DNA from: Octopus vulgaris
Taxonomy: Eukaryota
NCBI GenBank assembly: GCA_951406725.2
Contig: OX597816.1
Coordinates: 132,122,001 to 132,186,000 of the forward strand
Direction: 5' to 3'
Length of the DNA stretch: 64,000 bases
Under the pieces are notes generated by a model. The model searched no databases. It was not told where the DNA came from and saw only the letters and a list, made by a program, of their open reading frames with translations. Positions 50,728-62,672 of this stretch are shown piece by piece. Position numbers and translations under genes: made by a program. How positions within the stretch are numbered: position 1 is the stretch's first letter; every line of letters starts with the position of its first letter.

Positions 50728-51779
50728 CATTATGTTGACACAGATGGTTACTAGTCTACACATGATGTTCGCACAAAGGGAATTTCTGTACCAGTTGCTA
50801 TATTTTGTTATTGCCTTTTAAGCTCAAGTTTAAACTCACTTCGCAGCAATCTAGTTTCATGTTCAGTCACACTTGAAAGCAAAAGACACCAATAGAATAA
50901 GTATCAGGTTTAAAAAAATAAGTACTTAACTCGATTTGTTTGACTAAACCCTTCAAATTGGTGTCTTGGCATGGCTACAGTTCAATGATTGAACCAAATA
51001 AACAGTAAAAGTGCCGTTTGTTAGCTGAGGGTGTATATCCCCAAATGGCTGATGTATTTCTTTGAGAAGAAATTATCACTCACTCACCTCCCAGTTTTAT
51101 CAGTTTAGAAAGACATAATTAAAGGAACAAAGCCATGGAAAACCTAAAATTAACAAGATATACAGCATGTCCATCATTGTGCCGAACTTAGTCAGCAGAA
51201 GATTATTAGCTCATTTCTTGCATGTAATTTCGGTTTGATAGATTTAAAAGGGAATTAATAGTGAAAAGATTCTATTTAGAAGTTTTTCATTTAGTTTATC
51301 ATACCTACACTTTAGGCATTTTCCATTTAGGATGTGTTAACAGTGTGTGTTGGTTGGTATTTAGCCAATAAGTTAAATAGATTTTGAAAGAAAATTATCT
51401 TGGGAGACACATATTTTTAACACCTGCAGTAGATAAATATATTTGTTTCTTATTCCTCACTATTTGCTAGTTGCTTATTGATCGGTTTATTAACAAAGCT
51501 TTATTAGTTCGATACCTAGAATATGGACTTCCTTGATTTATAATTCACAGATATTTGGCACTTATTTATTATTGCTGGTCATTAGTTTACAGTTCTACCC
51601 ATCTCATTCTAATTTAGGAAAATAAAATTTCAAATATTGTATACCCTTGTCTTGACAGATTCTGTGCACCCACAGGTTGGAACTCTGAGTAGCCAGGGAC
51701 TGACTCAACCAATATAAAAATATTATTGATTTCTAATCCGGTACCAAATACTCTTTTTTTCTGACAACCATTATGAGAT

Positions 51780-51821
<42 letters not shown>

Positions 51822-51823
<2 letters not shown>

Positions 51824-52010
51824 TCATCATCATTTAGAATCCATTTTCCATGCTGGCATGGGTTAGGCAGTTTGAATACAACTGGTGAGTAGGAGAGCTG
51901 CACTAGGCTCCAGTTTGATTTGGCCTGGTTTCTATGGCTGGATGCCCTTCCTAATGCCAACTGCTCCCAAAGTGTAGTGGGTGCCTTTTACGTGTCAACG
52001 GCATGGTTGC
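51822..52010 (-). mobile_element. SINE family B
   Basis: TTTTCCATGCTGGCATGGG...GGCTGGATGCCCTTCCTAATGCC...TTTTACGTG. Confidence 0.9.
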
Positions 52011-52839
52011 TGGAGAAAAAGATAGATAGATAGATAGATAGACAGACAGATGCCCTAACAGTTTCCATTTTCCAAATTCACTTACACGCCATTGGTCAGC
52101 TCAAGACTATAGGAGAGGACACTTCCCTGAGGTACCATGGTATGTAGTCAGAATGAGCCTGAGACTATGTGGTTGTGAAGCTCATTGACCATACAGTAAT
52201 GCCTGCACCCAAATCTATATAAGCTGAAGATAAATAAACAGAAGTGTTATAAAATAACTATTCCTCATGAAACTATGATAATACCAAAACACAGTACATG
52301 GAAAGTTGATTCAGAAAGAGCTGAAAGTTTATTTGCAAGAACATTGTCAATAAAAATCCAGCCATTTTAAAAAACACTGTCTAATGTTAATTTTGTCCCA
52401 ACGTCTTGCAGGAAGGAATAACTGTTATTCTCTTTTATGTATATAAATGGTAAATTACATGAGAAGCAATACAGCATATCAGTAATATACTTGTTCTCTC
52501 TTTTCGATATGATAATTTGAAATCAAAAGTAAGCACTCTGTAAAATACATTACAAACATTTCTTTCTTTGATGAGGTAATTATATAATGTTATGGAGACC
52601 AAAAATGTTTTTGAACCTTATGCCTGAAAATTGAAGTTAGGATGGTCACAGTTGGAATGCCTTTGAACTTAGGCCTGCTCCATCAAGGCCTAGATAAGCC
52701 TTGATGGAACAGAACCAACATTAAGATGTCTTCTTTCTCTGCTGCTGCTGCTACTACTACTACTACTACTACTACTACTATTACTACTCATTTGTTGACT
52801 AACCCTTTGTACACTCACCTTTCCTACTTCTCTTATGAA

Positions 52840-52995
52840 ACCTTCCCCCACTGTGTCTCATTCCAAATACCATGAACTAAAAGCATTTCCGAATTCTTCG
52901 TTCTTTAGAACTTCAATTCCTCTGGAGCCCTTTTTCCCCCACTCACATCTCTCTTTTCCCCATAACTGTGCTAACCTGAACAAATTCAAACATAC
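52840..52995 (+). mobile_element. Possible CR1/Jockey-group LINE 3' relic
   Basis: FPHCV...NSSFFRTS.LW...FP..NLNKFK resembles the SFFPRTxxLWNSLP...FP..YNL..FK end motif. Confidence 0.5.
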
Positions 52996-54244
52996 TCCTG
53001 TTTTTATGATTTTCTCTGAACATTGCACGGAATAACCTCAGACAATCATTCCTGAATCCCATTCTAGGATTGGCTGCAAAAGCTATTTACTCAGCCCCTT
53101 CCCTTCAGCAGAATAGGGCTTGGGATAGAGCTACCATTTGCATTTATTGTCCATGTTATGCTGCCACACACACACTGTCAACGCTTTTAAAAATGACTTT
53201 CTGCAAAATAGTTTGCCTTAGTTTCATGAATTACTGTCTTTGAGTTGAGCAAGTTCTTGAAATGGCAGTTTTGCTTGACTAAGCTTAAATAGAAGCAAGG
53301 ACAAATTATTAGTTGCTTAAACAAGGCTTTATCTTTCTGTTCAGTGATAGCACAAGAACAAGACTTCTTGTATTTGTTTATGTTCATGTTTATCACTATG
53401 TGAAATAGGGTAGATGTAAGAAAGAAGAGATTGTGATAGAAGAAAAACAACAAAAGCAAAAGTAAAGATAAATGCATACACAAAAAAAAAAGTTAACAAA
53501 TTACGGCCTTTCCTGCTGCTTGATCTGTTCTTCATATAGATTTATTTTCTCATGTCTTTTTAAAACCATATCAGAAAGAGATAAAAGCTGAGACAGAAAA
53601 TACAGAAACAGCGTGCGCACACTCACGCATGCACACACGGGTTGGCACTGAATATTGTTCATGGCGTTGGTATTAGAATAAGTAAATAAGTGTAATATTT
53701 GAAATTAATAGCTGATTTGTTGAACAACTAACTTTGATCAATAAGTTCTTTGGCAAGAATTGTTAGCTGAAAATCACGAAAAATGCTGCCAGAATTACCA
53801 AGGGTATTTCTGTTGCTTTACTCTCTACCAGCTAAAAGTACACAGGAGAATAGAATAAAATTAGACCCAACAAGTTTTATAAAAATATCTTTTCCATTGA
53901 TTTCAGTATATTAAGTTGAACAATATCACTGTATATAATATTATTAGCTATTGTTAATCTTCTTAAGATTTTCTTTACATTTTAAAAACAACAGCAAAAA
54001 AAAAAGTCATCTTATTTTTAATATCTTATGTTCAGTTATGTACTTAGTTGTTTCTAAATACTTTGGATTTGTTTAGCATTTGTCATATATATTTTGATAT
54101 GTTCAGGTTTCTCTATAAGTGCTAAACTTCTTTCTTTCTCTTGTTTTACTTGAGGCAGAGACTGAGGTTGTTACAAGTCAATGTCTTAATCATCAACTGT
54201 ATAGTGTAGATAAGTTAGCAACTAAACCAGTTTTTGAGACTCTT

Positions 54245-54360
54245 TGAGATCATTCAGCTTGCTAGAAATAACAGCTAATTAAATGTTACTCAGAATGTGC
54301 TCCAGCATCTTAAATATGGGAAGAACACATTAGATAATGTGATCCTAGATAGCACCCCCC

Positions 54361-54398
<38 letters not shown>

Positions 54399-54648
54399 TG
54401 TATATCTTCGTCAGTATGAGGTCTTACCTGAAGATCTTACTGTTCATAAGATGTGATACCAGTTCTTGAGACTATGAAGGGAAACTCTATGTGCTAGAAA
54501 TAACAGCCAAGTATTATTCAGGTTATGATCCAGCACTTTAAATATGGGAAGGAAACATTAGATGTAATCCTAGATACCATTAAAAAGACAATACCTTTGC
54601 TCATATATCCATACAATTGGAACTGACTCGAGGTTAAACAACAACAAA
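54245..54648 (+). mobile_element. Two tandem family G pieces separated by (CT)n and an unrelated insert
   Basis: GCTAGAAATAACAGC...TTAAATATGGGAAG...TCCTAGATA occurs at about 54261-54350 and 54494-54576; ends in AAACAAACAAC. Confidence 0.75.
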
Positions 54649-54822
54649 TACACATTTACTATTTTTGTTTTCCATTAATGTGTGTATACAGTTGGGTATT
54701 TGTTTATGGTATTTATCTAATCAAATGTGACATAGAATGTGTACGGTCATAACATTGTAAAGCAGTTTGCCTAATCCTGGTCTTTTTAGGGAGGACCCTA
54801 TCGATAAATTATCTTCAATATT

Positions 54823-55228
54823 CAGGCATGGCCATGTGCTAAGAAGTTTGCTTTCCAACCACATGGTTTTGGGTTCAGTCCTATTGTGTGGCACTTTGGG
54901 CAATTGTCATCTATTATAGCTCTGGGCTGACCAAAGCCTTGTGAGTGGATTTGATTGATAGAAACTAAGAGAGGCTTGGCATATGTGTGTGTGTTACTGT
55001 CTTTTTGTCTTTACATTGAGTGATAGTTATAAGCGAGTGTCATTGTCGTGCAAGTGGTGTCCTTTGTTTCCAATCTTCCAAGACACACTTGTTCATAGGG
55101 AATCTTACCTTGCCTGGAAACAGGTGAGGGTTGGCTATAGGAAGGGTATCCAGTCATAGAAAATCAACCTCAACTAATTCTGTCCAACACAGGTAAGAAT
55201 GGATAAGTGAACACTAATTAATGATGAT
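54823..55228 (+). mobile_element. SINE family A2
   Basis: A head with GACCAAAGCCTTGTGAGTGGATTTG and tail GGAAACAGGTGAGGGTTGGCTATAGGAAGGG. Confidence 0.88.
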
Positions 55229-56195
55229 TTATGCTCATGAAAATGCTGCACTATAATTTTATTTATGTGCAATATGTGTTGATGTTTTACAACCATGGCT
55301 AGACAAATATATGTCTTCATGAACCAGGGAAAGAGTTTCTATGGTACCCTAGTCTATTGCTCTCGGCTGTCCTTTTCACCTCACACCTGTTCATACTTGC
55401 ACTTTATAGTATTGGAGAGCCCTAGATCCTCCACCTCAACTTATACAACCCAACCTATTGCTTTTCAACTCTACTCTCCCCTTTTTCTCAACCCTGTTAC
55501 TAATTCTTCCTTCTCTCTCTAGTTCTCTGCCATACTCCACCATCTTCTCTTCTTAGCATCCATTATCCCTCCACCCAGGGACATTGCCCACTTTCTCTTC
55601 TGTTCTCTCTTTGATATAAGGGACCTTAACTTCACATGTAATGAAGCGGTCATCATTAGTGACACAAACAAAGTATCCTTTATATTCCATAAAGTGTTTG
55701 GTGTCAGTAAAGACATCCTTCTGTACAACCCATAAAGTTACGGTTAGAGTTAGACTGCATGCTAAAGTGTAAATTTGCAGGTAAACCACACACTAAAATA
55801 ACATCTACACATGTACCCTGGCCTCTGTCAGTTTTAACTGTTGAGGATTCAGATGCTTGATCTATTGATTAACCTATTCATTAAATTTGCAAGTGGTTGA
55901 GTATTTCACAGATATGTGTATTCTTTACACAATTCTTAGGTAGAATCAGTTTGGCAGTGTGTGACATTGCTGTACCCTTTGAATAACAGTTACAATCAAT
56001 CCAGCAGGTTTCCATCTACCCAGTTGCTGGAAATGTTGCTTGGTAGGATTGAACCTGAGACCTTGTGATTGTAAAGCAAACTTCTTAACTATTTCCCCCT
56101 GTTGCATCTTAGAGGATGGATAGTTATAAAAGTATTTGTATGGTTAAATTCTTTGCAGTGATCTGCTGCATCATTTTGTAAAGTGATTGAGTTTA

Positions 56196-56423
56196 ATTAC
56201 CCTTCAGCATTTAAACCAACCATATCCAAACCAAACATTCTGCCTATTTTATACTCAAAATAGCCTGATAGAGCTTCTCACATCTACCCTACAGTGTCAA
56301 TCGAAAATTAAACAATCACATCATCAAAATCTCAAAGCTATGAGATAATACATGATTAATTCAAAACAATGTGAATAAAAAAGCATTACATTTGACAGAT
56401 TAATTTGAATGCTAAAGGGTTAA
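56196..56423 (-). mobile_element. piggyBac-type MITE family E
   Basis: CCCTTCAGCATTTAAA ... TTTGAATGCTAAAGGG-TTAA. Confidence 0.88.
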
Positions 56424-56802
56424 ACTACAGAATGACACATTAATTTCCAGTGAGTTCTACCATAGAAGTGACTGTTTTTCCCTCTCTTTTCTTAAATATT
56501 CTACTGACATCTAACAGCTCTGGGGTGCAGTCCTGTAGAGGACCAGTAATAGGATATGAAATAAGATACCTTTAGCTAAGAAGCCATAATTTATTATTGC
56601 AATTCATGGTTGAGTGGTTAGTGGTTGGAGGGTATCCAGCTGTAAAAACAATTGCTCCAATAACAACATAATCTAATTCATTCATGCTAGCAAGAAAAAG
56701 TAAAGAAAAGGAAGAACGGAAACTGTAGATGTCAAATGTAGAAAAAAAGTAAAAAATTAGATGGTAAAATGTTTGTGTTAACTTTAATTTCTCAATATTA
56801 TT

Positions 56803-57178
56803 TGTGGCTGTGAGGTAAAGAAGCTTGCTTCCCAACCATGTGGTCTTGCGTTCAGTCTCAATGCATGGCACTTTGGTCAAGTGTCTTTTATAGTAGTCCC
56901 AGGCCAACTGAAGCCTTGCGAGTGGATTTGGTTGTTGGAAAACTGAAAGAAGTGTCTGTGTGTGTGAACCTTTGTCTAGATATCACGTTGGTTGTAAATG
57001 AGCATCATTGCCGTTGTTTCCAGTTTTCTGGGAAAATATTACCTTACTTGAAGACAGGTGAGGGCTGGTGACAGAAAGAGCATCTGACTAGAAATCAGCC
57101 TCCACAAATTCCATTCGACCCATGCAAGCATGAAAAAGTAGATTTTAAATAATGATGATGAGGATGATGATGATGATT
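56803..57178 (+). mobile_element. SINE family A2
   Basis: GTGGCTGTGAGGTAAAG head; GACCCATGCAAGCATGAAAAAG plus (GAT)n end. Confidence 0.88.
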
Positions 57179-57277
57179 ATGTACTGTGTTAAAGAATCTA
57201 AAAGAAATGCAGTTCTATTTCCTCTCTAATACTAATATTAAGTATTTTTATGGTTAGATTTTATGTATAATAAATAA

Positions 57278-57600
57278 CTCCTTCAGTCATGAATGACTGT
57301 ACCTAGAAAGTTACCCTCTGAGGTTCAAGTCCGGGCAAGGTTGTTTGTGAAAGACCAACAGTCACCCATGCATGTCAGCCTCCCCTCTCCACACCACTGA
57401 TGTTGTCTAATGGAAAGGCAAAGACTGATACAGCTTGGCGCCAGTGACATTGTAACTCATTTCTACAGCAGAGTTAACTGGAGCAACATGAAATAAAGTG
57501 TCTTCTTACTAAATAATACAACACAGCCTCATCTGGGAATCAAACTCACAACTTCACAGCTGTAAGCCTGACATTCTAACCACTGAGCCATGGACCTTCA
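57278..57600 (-). mobile_element. SINE family D, tail type 1
   Basis: Reverse complement of 50376-50727 (GATACAGCTTGGCGCCAGTGAC, CTGGAGCAACATGAAATAAAGTG, AACCACTGAGCCA). Confidence 0.88.
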
Positions 57601-57744
57601 CTATAATTTATAATGTCATTCTCTAAAAAGAATTATAAATCTCTATCTTGGAATCATTATAAGTGTTCAAAATGAAAACAGGATTTATATTTTATTTTTG
57701 TATCCATCCGGTTGGGTTTCCAGTTGCTATTAAGTTGATATTCG

Positions 57745-57935
57745 TTTCAAATTTTGGCACAAAGTCAACAATTTTGAGGAAGATGGTAAGTTGATTACAT
57801 CAACCCCAGTATTCAACTGGTACTTATTTTATCTACTTTGAAAGGATATAAGGTAAAGTCAGTCTCTGTGGAATTGGAACTCAGAACTTAAAATTGGACA
57901 AAATACAGCTGAGCAGTTTGCCTGGCACACTAATG
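57745..57935 (-). mobile_element. SINE family C
   Basis: TTTTGGCACAAAG...CCCCAGTATTCAACTGGTACTTATT...GAACTCAGAA. Confidence 0.8.
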
Positions 57936-58064
57936 AATGTGTCCAAGAAATGATAGCAACTGCTCGGTCATACTGAAAAGACAGTATTTCTAAGGTAGAG
58001 CAAAGTTACATGAACTTCATTATCAAAATGTATCTTGCATTTTTTAATATTTTCTTTTGCTCTA

Positions 58065-58757
58065 TCCAGTGACTGGACTGTGGCCGTGCTAAGGTTCCAC
58101 CTTTAAGGATTTTATTCAAATGAATCAATCCCAGTACTTATTTTTGAATCTTGGTACTTACTCTATTGTTCTCTTTGCTGAACTGTTAAGTTACAGGGAT
58201 GCAAACTAACCAGTACTGGTTATCAAGCAGTGGTGGGGGACAAAAACACACACACATTAATACATGCATATATATATATATACTGGCACTCAGTCAATTA
58301 TGACAAGAATTCCTGTTGATCATACCAACGGAACAGCCTGCTTGTGAAATTAATATGCATCCGGCTGAGTACTCCACAGACATGTGTACCCTTAACATAG
58401 TTCTCAGGGAGATTCAGTATGACAAGGCTGGTCCTTTGAAATACAAGTACTACTCATTTTTTCCAGTTGAGTTGACTGGAGCAACATGAAATAAAGAATC
58501 TTGCTCAAGGACACAGTGCATTGCTGGGAATTGAACTCACAACCTTGCAATCGTGAGCTGAACACCCTAACCACTAATTAATTAATTATATAAATACACA
58601 CACACACACACATACACACATATGATGGGTTTCTTTCAGTTTTCTATCTATCAGATCCAAGACATTCGCCCAAGATGGCATACTGTGGGACTGAACCCAG
58701 AAACATGTGGTTGGAACACAAACTTCCTACCATTATCACACAGACGTGCCTGTGCCT
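58065..58757 (-). mobile_element. SINE family A1 split at its internal microsatellite by a D-family SINE
   Basis: A1 tail 58065-58250 and A head 58620-58757, both on the minus strand. Confidence 0.85.
58284..58577 (-). mobile_element. tRNA-derived CORE-like SINE family D, tail type 2
   Basis: Minus-strand head TTAGTGGTTAGGG...GAGTTCAATTCCC, same core as D1/D3, distinct tail (also seen at 55860-55990). Confidence 0.88.
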
Positions 58758-59679
58758 ATATCACCATAATTTGCTGAGTTAATGAAACTGATGGCTTTAA
58801 AAGACTCTCACGGAAATAGTTTATCAATGCTAGACATGTATATATCACCATGGCAATAGTTCGTTAATGCCTAGACATATAAATATCATTTATACTTAAA
58901 ATGGTTTATCATAACAAATTACAGTCGTGAGTAATTTACATGAAGAAGACAGACAGCAACGTGCCACACAGGGTCAAACGATTAATTGAAGTTTTCTGTT
59001 CTCAAAGTTTTTTCTTCTTTTTTAGTGTCTGTGTGTGTGTATGCGTGTGTTTGTATGTTTATAAGCCTTCAATTTTATATTGTCTCCATAAAGGTTAAAA
59101 ACAGCATTAAGAGAGCCTGCTTAGTTCTGTCATATTAACTTTCTGTAAGTCTTATTCTGAAGAATCTCACAATACTTTTAGTTACGTACTTCTGTTCCAT
59201 GGAAGCTGTCGGCTTCTTTGACATGTATATAATTTAGATGTCAGTGTTGTCTAGCCTGTAGAACACAAGACTGTGATTGTAAAGAGAACTGGTTCAATTA
59301 CAACTGTCAGCTTGCCTTTTACTGATACATCATTAAAATTATGATCAAGTGTGGGTGAGCACTAGATATAAATGTTTGATTATCTAATTTTTTAAAGTAA
59401 TTTTAAAGCATTTTTTTCTATTCTTAGTTTAGGTAGGATAACCTTATTGATATAGATACTTCCAGTAATGTTGATTGTCAATGGGAACAATTACCTACTT
59501 CCAGAAATAAATCAATATATATACTATTAAAAGTATTCTGATTTAAAGAAACTCATAAACATGCCAAGGACCAAGAGAATGCTTTTGATTAATTGAGTTA
59601 TAAAAGATTATTTTCAATTTAGAGGCTTTTGTTTAGTACTAAAAGTGCAGTGTGCAGTATTAGCTTTACTGATAAATAA

Positions 59680-59682
<3 letters not shown>

Positions 59683-59752
<70 letters not shown>
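59683..59752. repeat. (TA)n microsatellite
   Basis: Seen directly. Confidence 0.98.
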
Positions 59753-59753
<1 letters not shown>

Positions 59754-59882
59754 AAATCAGTCAATGACTTCTCTCTTTTTCATGCATGTTAAATAGGATT
59801 GGGTAATCCACATTATTGCTGGTGATACTCATCACCACTGAACTGCAACGATGTAAATCTTAGACTTCTCTGCATTTACTGT

Positions 59883-59914
<32 letters not shown>

Positions 59915-60289
59915 TATAAAAGGAGCCAAAAATACTGGAGATTAAGTATACACCACATGGCAAAATTATGAGTTGAAAATATGATGTGGCAAGCATATAT
60001 AAAAAGTGGAAGAGAAATGCCTTCGTTTCACATAGTTTAATATCTTTTTATAAAGAAATTTTTTTGTAATATATACATATTTTATGGATGTAGTGATATC
60101 CAACCAGTTTTCGCTATTTAAATTAGCTTTTCAAGGGACATTGTGAAGTAATCGAAGGACACACACATATATGCATATATGCACATATATGCCGTTAGGC
60201 ATAGCGATATCAATAACCGGTGTTAAAACTCAGTATACATGTACGCGAGAATAAAGCTTTAGATGAGTACAAAGCATAATATAATATGA

Positions 60290-60420
60290 AATGAAATGCA
60301 TGTCAAGGGAACAAGAAATTATGCAATGTACTTCATTAGCTTACAAGATGCACTGCACTCAGAACTGAATGCTTGTGCATGAGCTGATAACTTCCTTGAA
60401 ACTTCTAAAATAAAATGCAA
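60290..60420 (-). repeat. Inverted, decayed copy of the hammerhead-bearing repeat at 60610-60750
   Basis: Its reverse complement aligns with 60610-60750 but lacks GCAACAGAAACAGC and has a mutated core. Confidence 0.85.
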
Positions 60421-60622
60421 GTTTATTTGGGAAAGCATTTACATATAAAGAAAAGGACATCCTTGAAAAATATAAAAATACATAAGAAATTGAGCATAGA
60501 GTTTGAAGGATAAAAGCTACTCTCAGAAATATATAGATTTAGGTAATTTTGTTTGTATATATATATATATGTGTGTATACGAAGGTGCATGATGAACCCC
60601 TGCATATACACTTCATCTTAGA

Positions 60623-60702
60623 AGCTCTGAGGAAGTTATAAGGTGATGCACAACCACTCAGCTCTGAGCACACTGCATCTGCAACAGAAACAGCTGTAAG
60701 CT
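60623..60702 (+). ncRNA. Type I hammerhead ribozyme motif with palindromic stem III (Penelope-like-element type)
   Basis: AGCT-CTGAGGA-[long stem II: GTT/AAC, GATGCA/TGCATC]-GAAA-CAGCTG-TA-AGCT. Confidence 0.7.
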
Positions 60703-60907
60703 AATGATGTTCATTGCATAATTTCCTGTTCATTTGTCATTTATTTAATTTCATATATATCCTTCATGTTTGCTTATGGGAAACATTTTTGAATATGTGT
60801 TACAAAAGATCCTACTTTATTATGTCACCTACAGCTTAATGATACCAACAGTCAGTAGCAGTTTTATGGGGTTGTACCAAGCTGTGTCAATATAATGTAG
60901 GGTAGAT

Positions 60908-60938
<31 letters not shown>

Positions 60939-60939
60939 T

Positions 60940-61140
60940 TTCCAATTTTTTCTCAAGAGCAGCTTAGGGAGGGGATTATACTGACCCCAGTGTGTAACTA
61001 ATACTTATTTAATCAACCCTGAAAGGATGAGAGGCAAGATTGACCTTGGCAGAATTTGAACTCAGAACGTAGCAGTAGATGAAATACTGCTAAGTATTTC
61101 ACCCAGTGCACTAACAATTTTGCCAGTTCTCCGCTTTAAT
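60940..61140 (-). mobile_element. SINE family C
   Basis: GAAAGGATGAGAGGCAAGATTGACCTTGGCAGAATTTGAACTCAGAACGT...GCCAGTTCTCCGC. Confidence 0.85.
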
Positions 61141-61551
61141 AATAATAATCCATGGATAGAATTTATAAATATTATAATACATCATTATGTGCATTTCCAC
61201 TATCTACTGTCCTCCTCTCTCTTTGTTACTCTCTCTCCTAACTTGTGTAATGGATGGGAGAGGGCATTGGATCTGTCTTTATCCAAACCTTCCTTGCTAA
61301 CACCCTTTATCACTTGGCTTCTCTCCCATCACACTTGCCTTGACATTACATGGTAGTTGTAAATGAGTGTCGTTGTCATACAAGCAGTGTCCTTCATCAA
61401 CAAAATTCTGTCAAAATCTGTCTGACCCACGGGGAAAATATTACCCTACTTGGATACAGGTGTGAGGGTTGACAGCAGGAAGGGCATCTAGCCATAGAAA
61501 GTCTACTTCAATAAGCTTTATCTGACCTATGCAAGTATGGAAAAGTGAATG

Positions 61552-61707
61552 GTGGCTGTGTGGTAAGTAGCTTGCTTACCAACCACATGGTTCCGGGTTC
61601 AGTCCCACTGCATGGCACCTTAGGCAAGTGTCTTCTACTATAGCCTCGGGCCAACCAAAGCCTTGTGAGTGGATTTGGTAGACAGAAACTGAAAAAAGCC
61701 CATTGTA

Positions 61708-61780
<73 letters not shown>

Positions 61781-61989
61781 TTGTGTGTCTGTTTATATAC
61801 CCCAACATTGCTTGACAACCGATGCTGGTGTGTTTACATTCCCGTAACTTAGCGGTTTGGCAAAAGAGACCGATAGAATAAGTACTAGGCATATAAAGGA
61901 TGAGTCCTGGGGTTGATTTGCTCGACTAAAAGCAGTGCTCCAGCATGGCCACAGTCAAATGACTGAAACGAGTAATAGAGTAAAAGAGT
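61552..61989 (+). mobile_element. SINE family A1, young copy inserted in the extreme 3' end of an A2 tail (61325-61551, resuming at 61990)
   Basis: Near-consensus head and tail; the host tail GAAAAGTG...TTAAAA(TGA)n is split by the insertion. Confidence 0.93.
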
Positions 61990-62672
61990 TAAAATAATGA
62001 TGGCTATGATGATGATGATGATGAAGATCACACACACACATTGTAGAGCATTTAAGGACATGTAAACTGAAAGTACTAATATTTAGTGTTCCATGTTAAA
62101 ATAATTAATCCAAGTGCTGTTTAGTCTCTAATTTGATGTCGCTGCTCGTAAGTTGTGATGTTTTTATTCAGTGGAGATGCTTTCTCCTGCTGAAATGGAA
62201 TTAATTTCTCTCTCTCTGGCTGCCCCCCCCTCTCTCTCTCTCAAATGAAGAGTATTGACATATATAAATAGACTGGAGTAGTAGTGGGAAGGTAAATACT
62301 AATTTCCTCCAACTACATCAGCTTATTTAAGTTTGTCCATCTGTTGAGGAGATTAAGTTCTTGTACCTATGCTATCACCTGCAGGGCAACAGGCTATGGG
62401 CTAATGCTTCTCCCTCCACATACACGCACAAATATATAAATTCATACACAATTCTTTGTGTAAGTATGTATGTGTTTCATCTATTTGTGTGTTGTTAGAG
62501 TTCCTTCTATGCAACAGGAAGTTTTTTTGTTTTTTTTTAATGTTTTTGTTCCCTACATCAGATCCATCACATACATGTCACTTCAATGTTATTGTCTAGT
62601 CTAGTTGGGGAAGGCCAAAATCTGTTGGGGATTTCCTTACAGCTGTGCTTGCTGTAGTGAGTTAATGACATC

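Noticed and set aside
54796-54810. 15-bp identity CCCTATCGATAAATT with 3554-3568
   Set aside because: One such match is near chance expectation in 64 kb and the flanks are unrelated.
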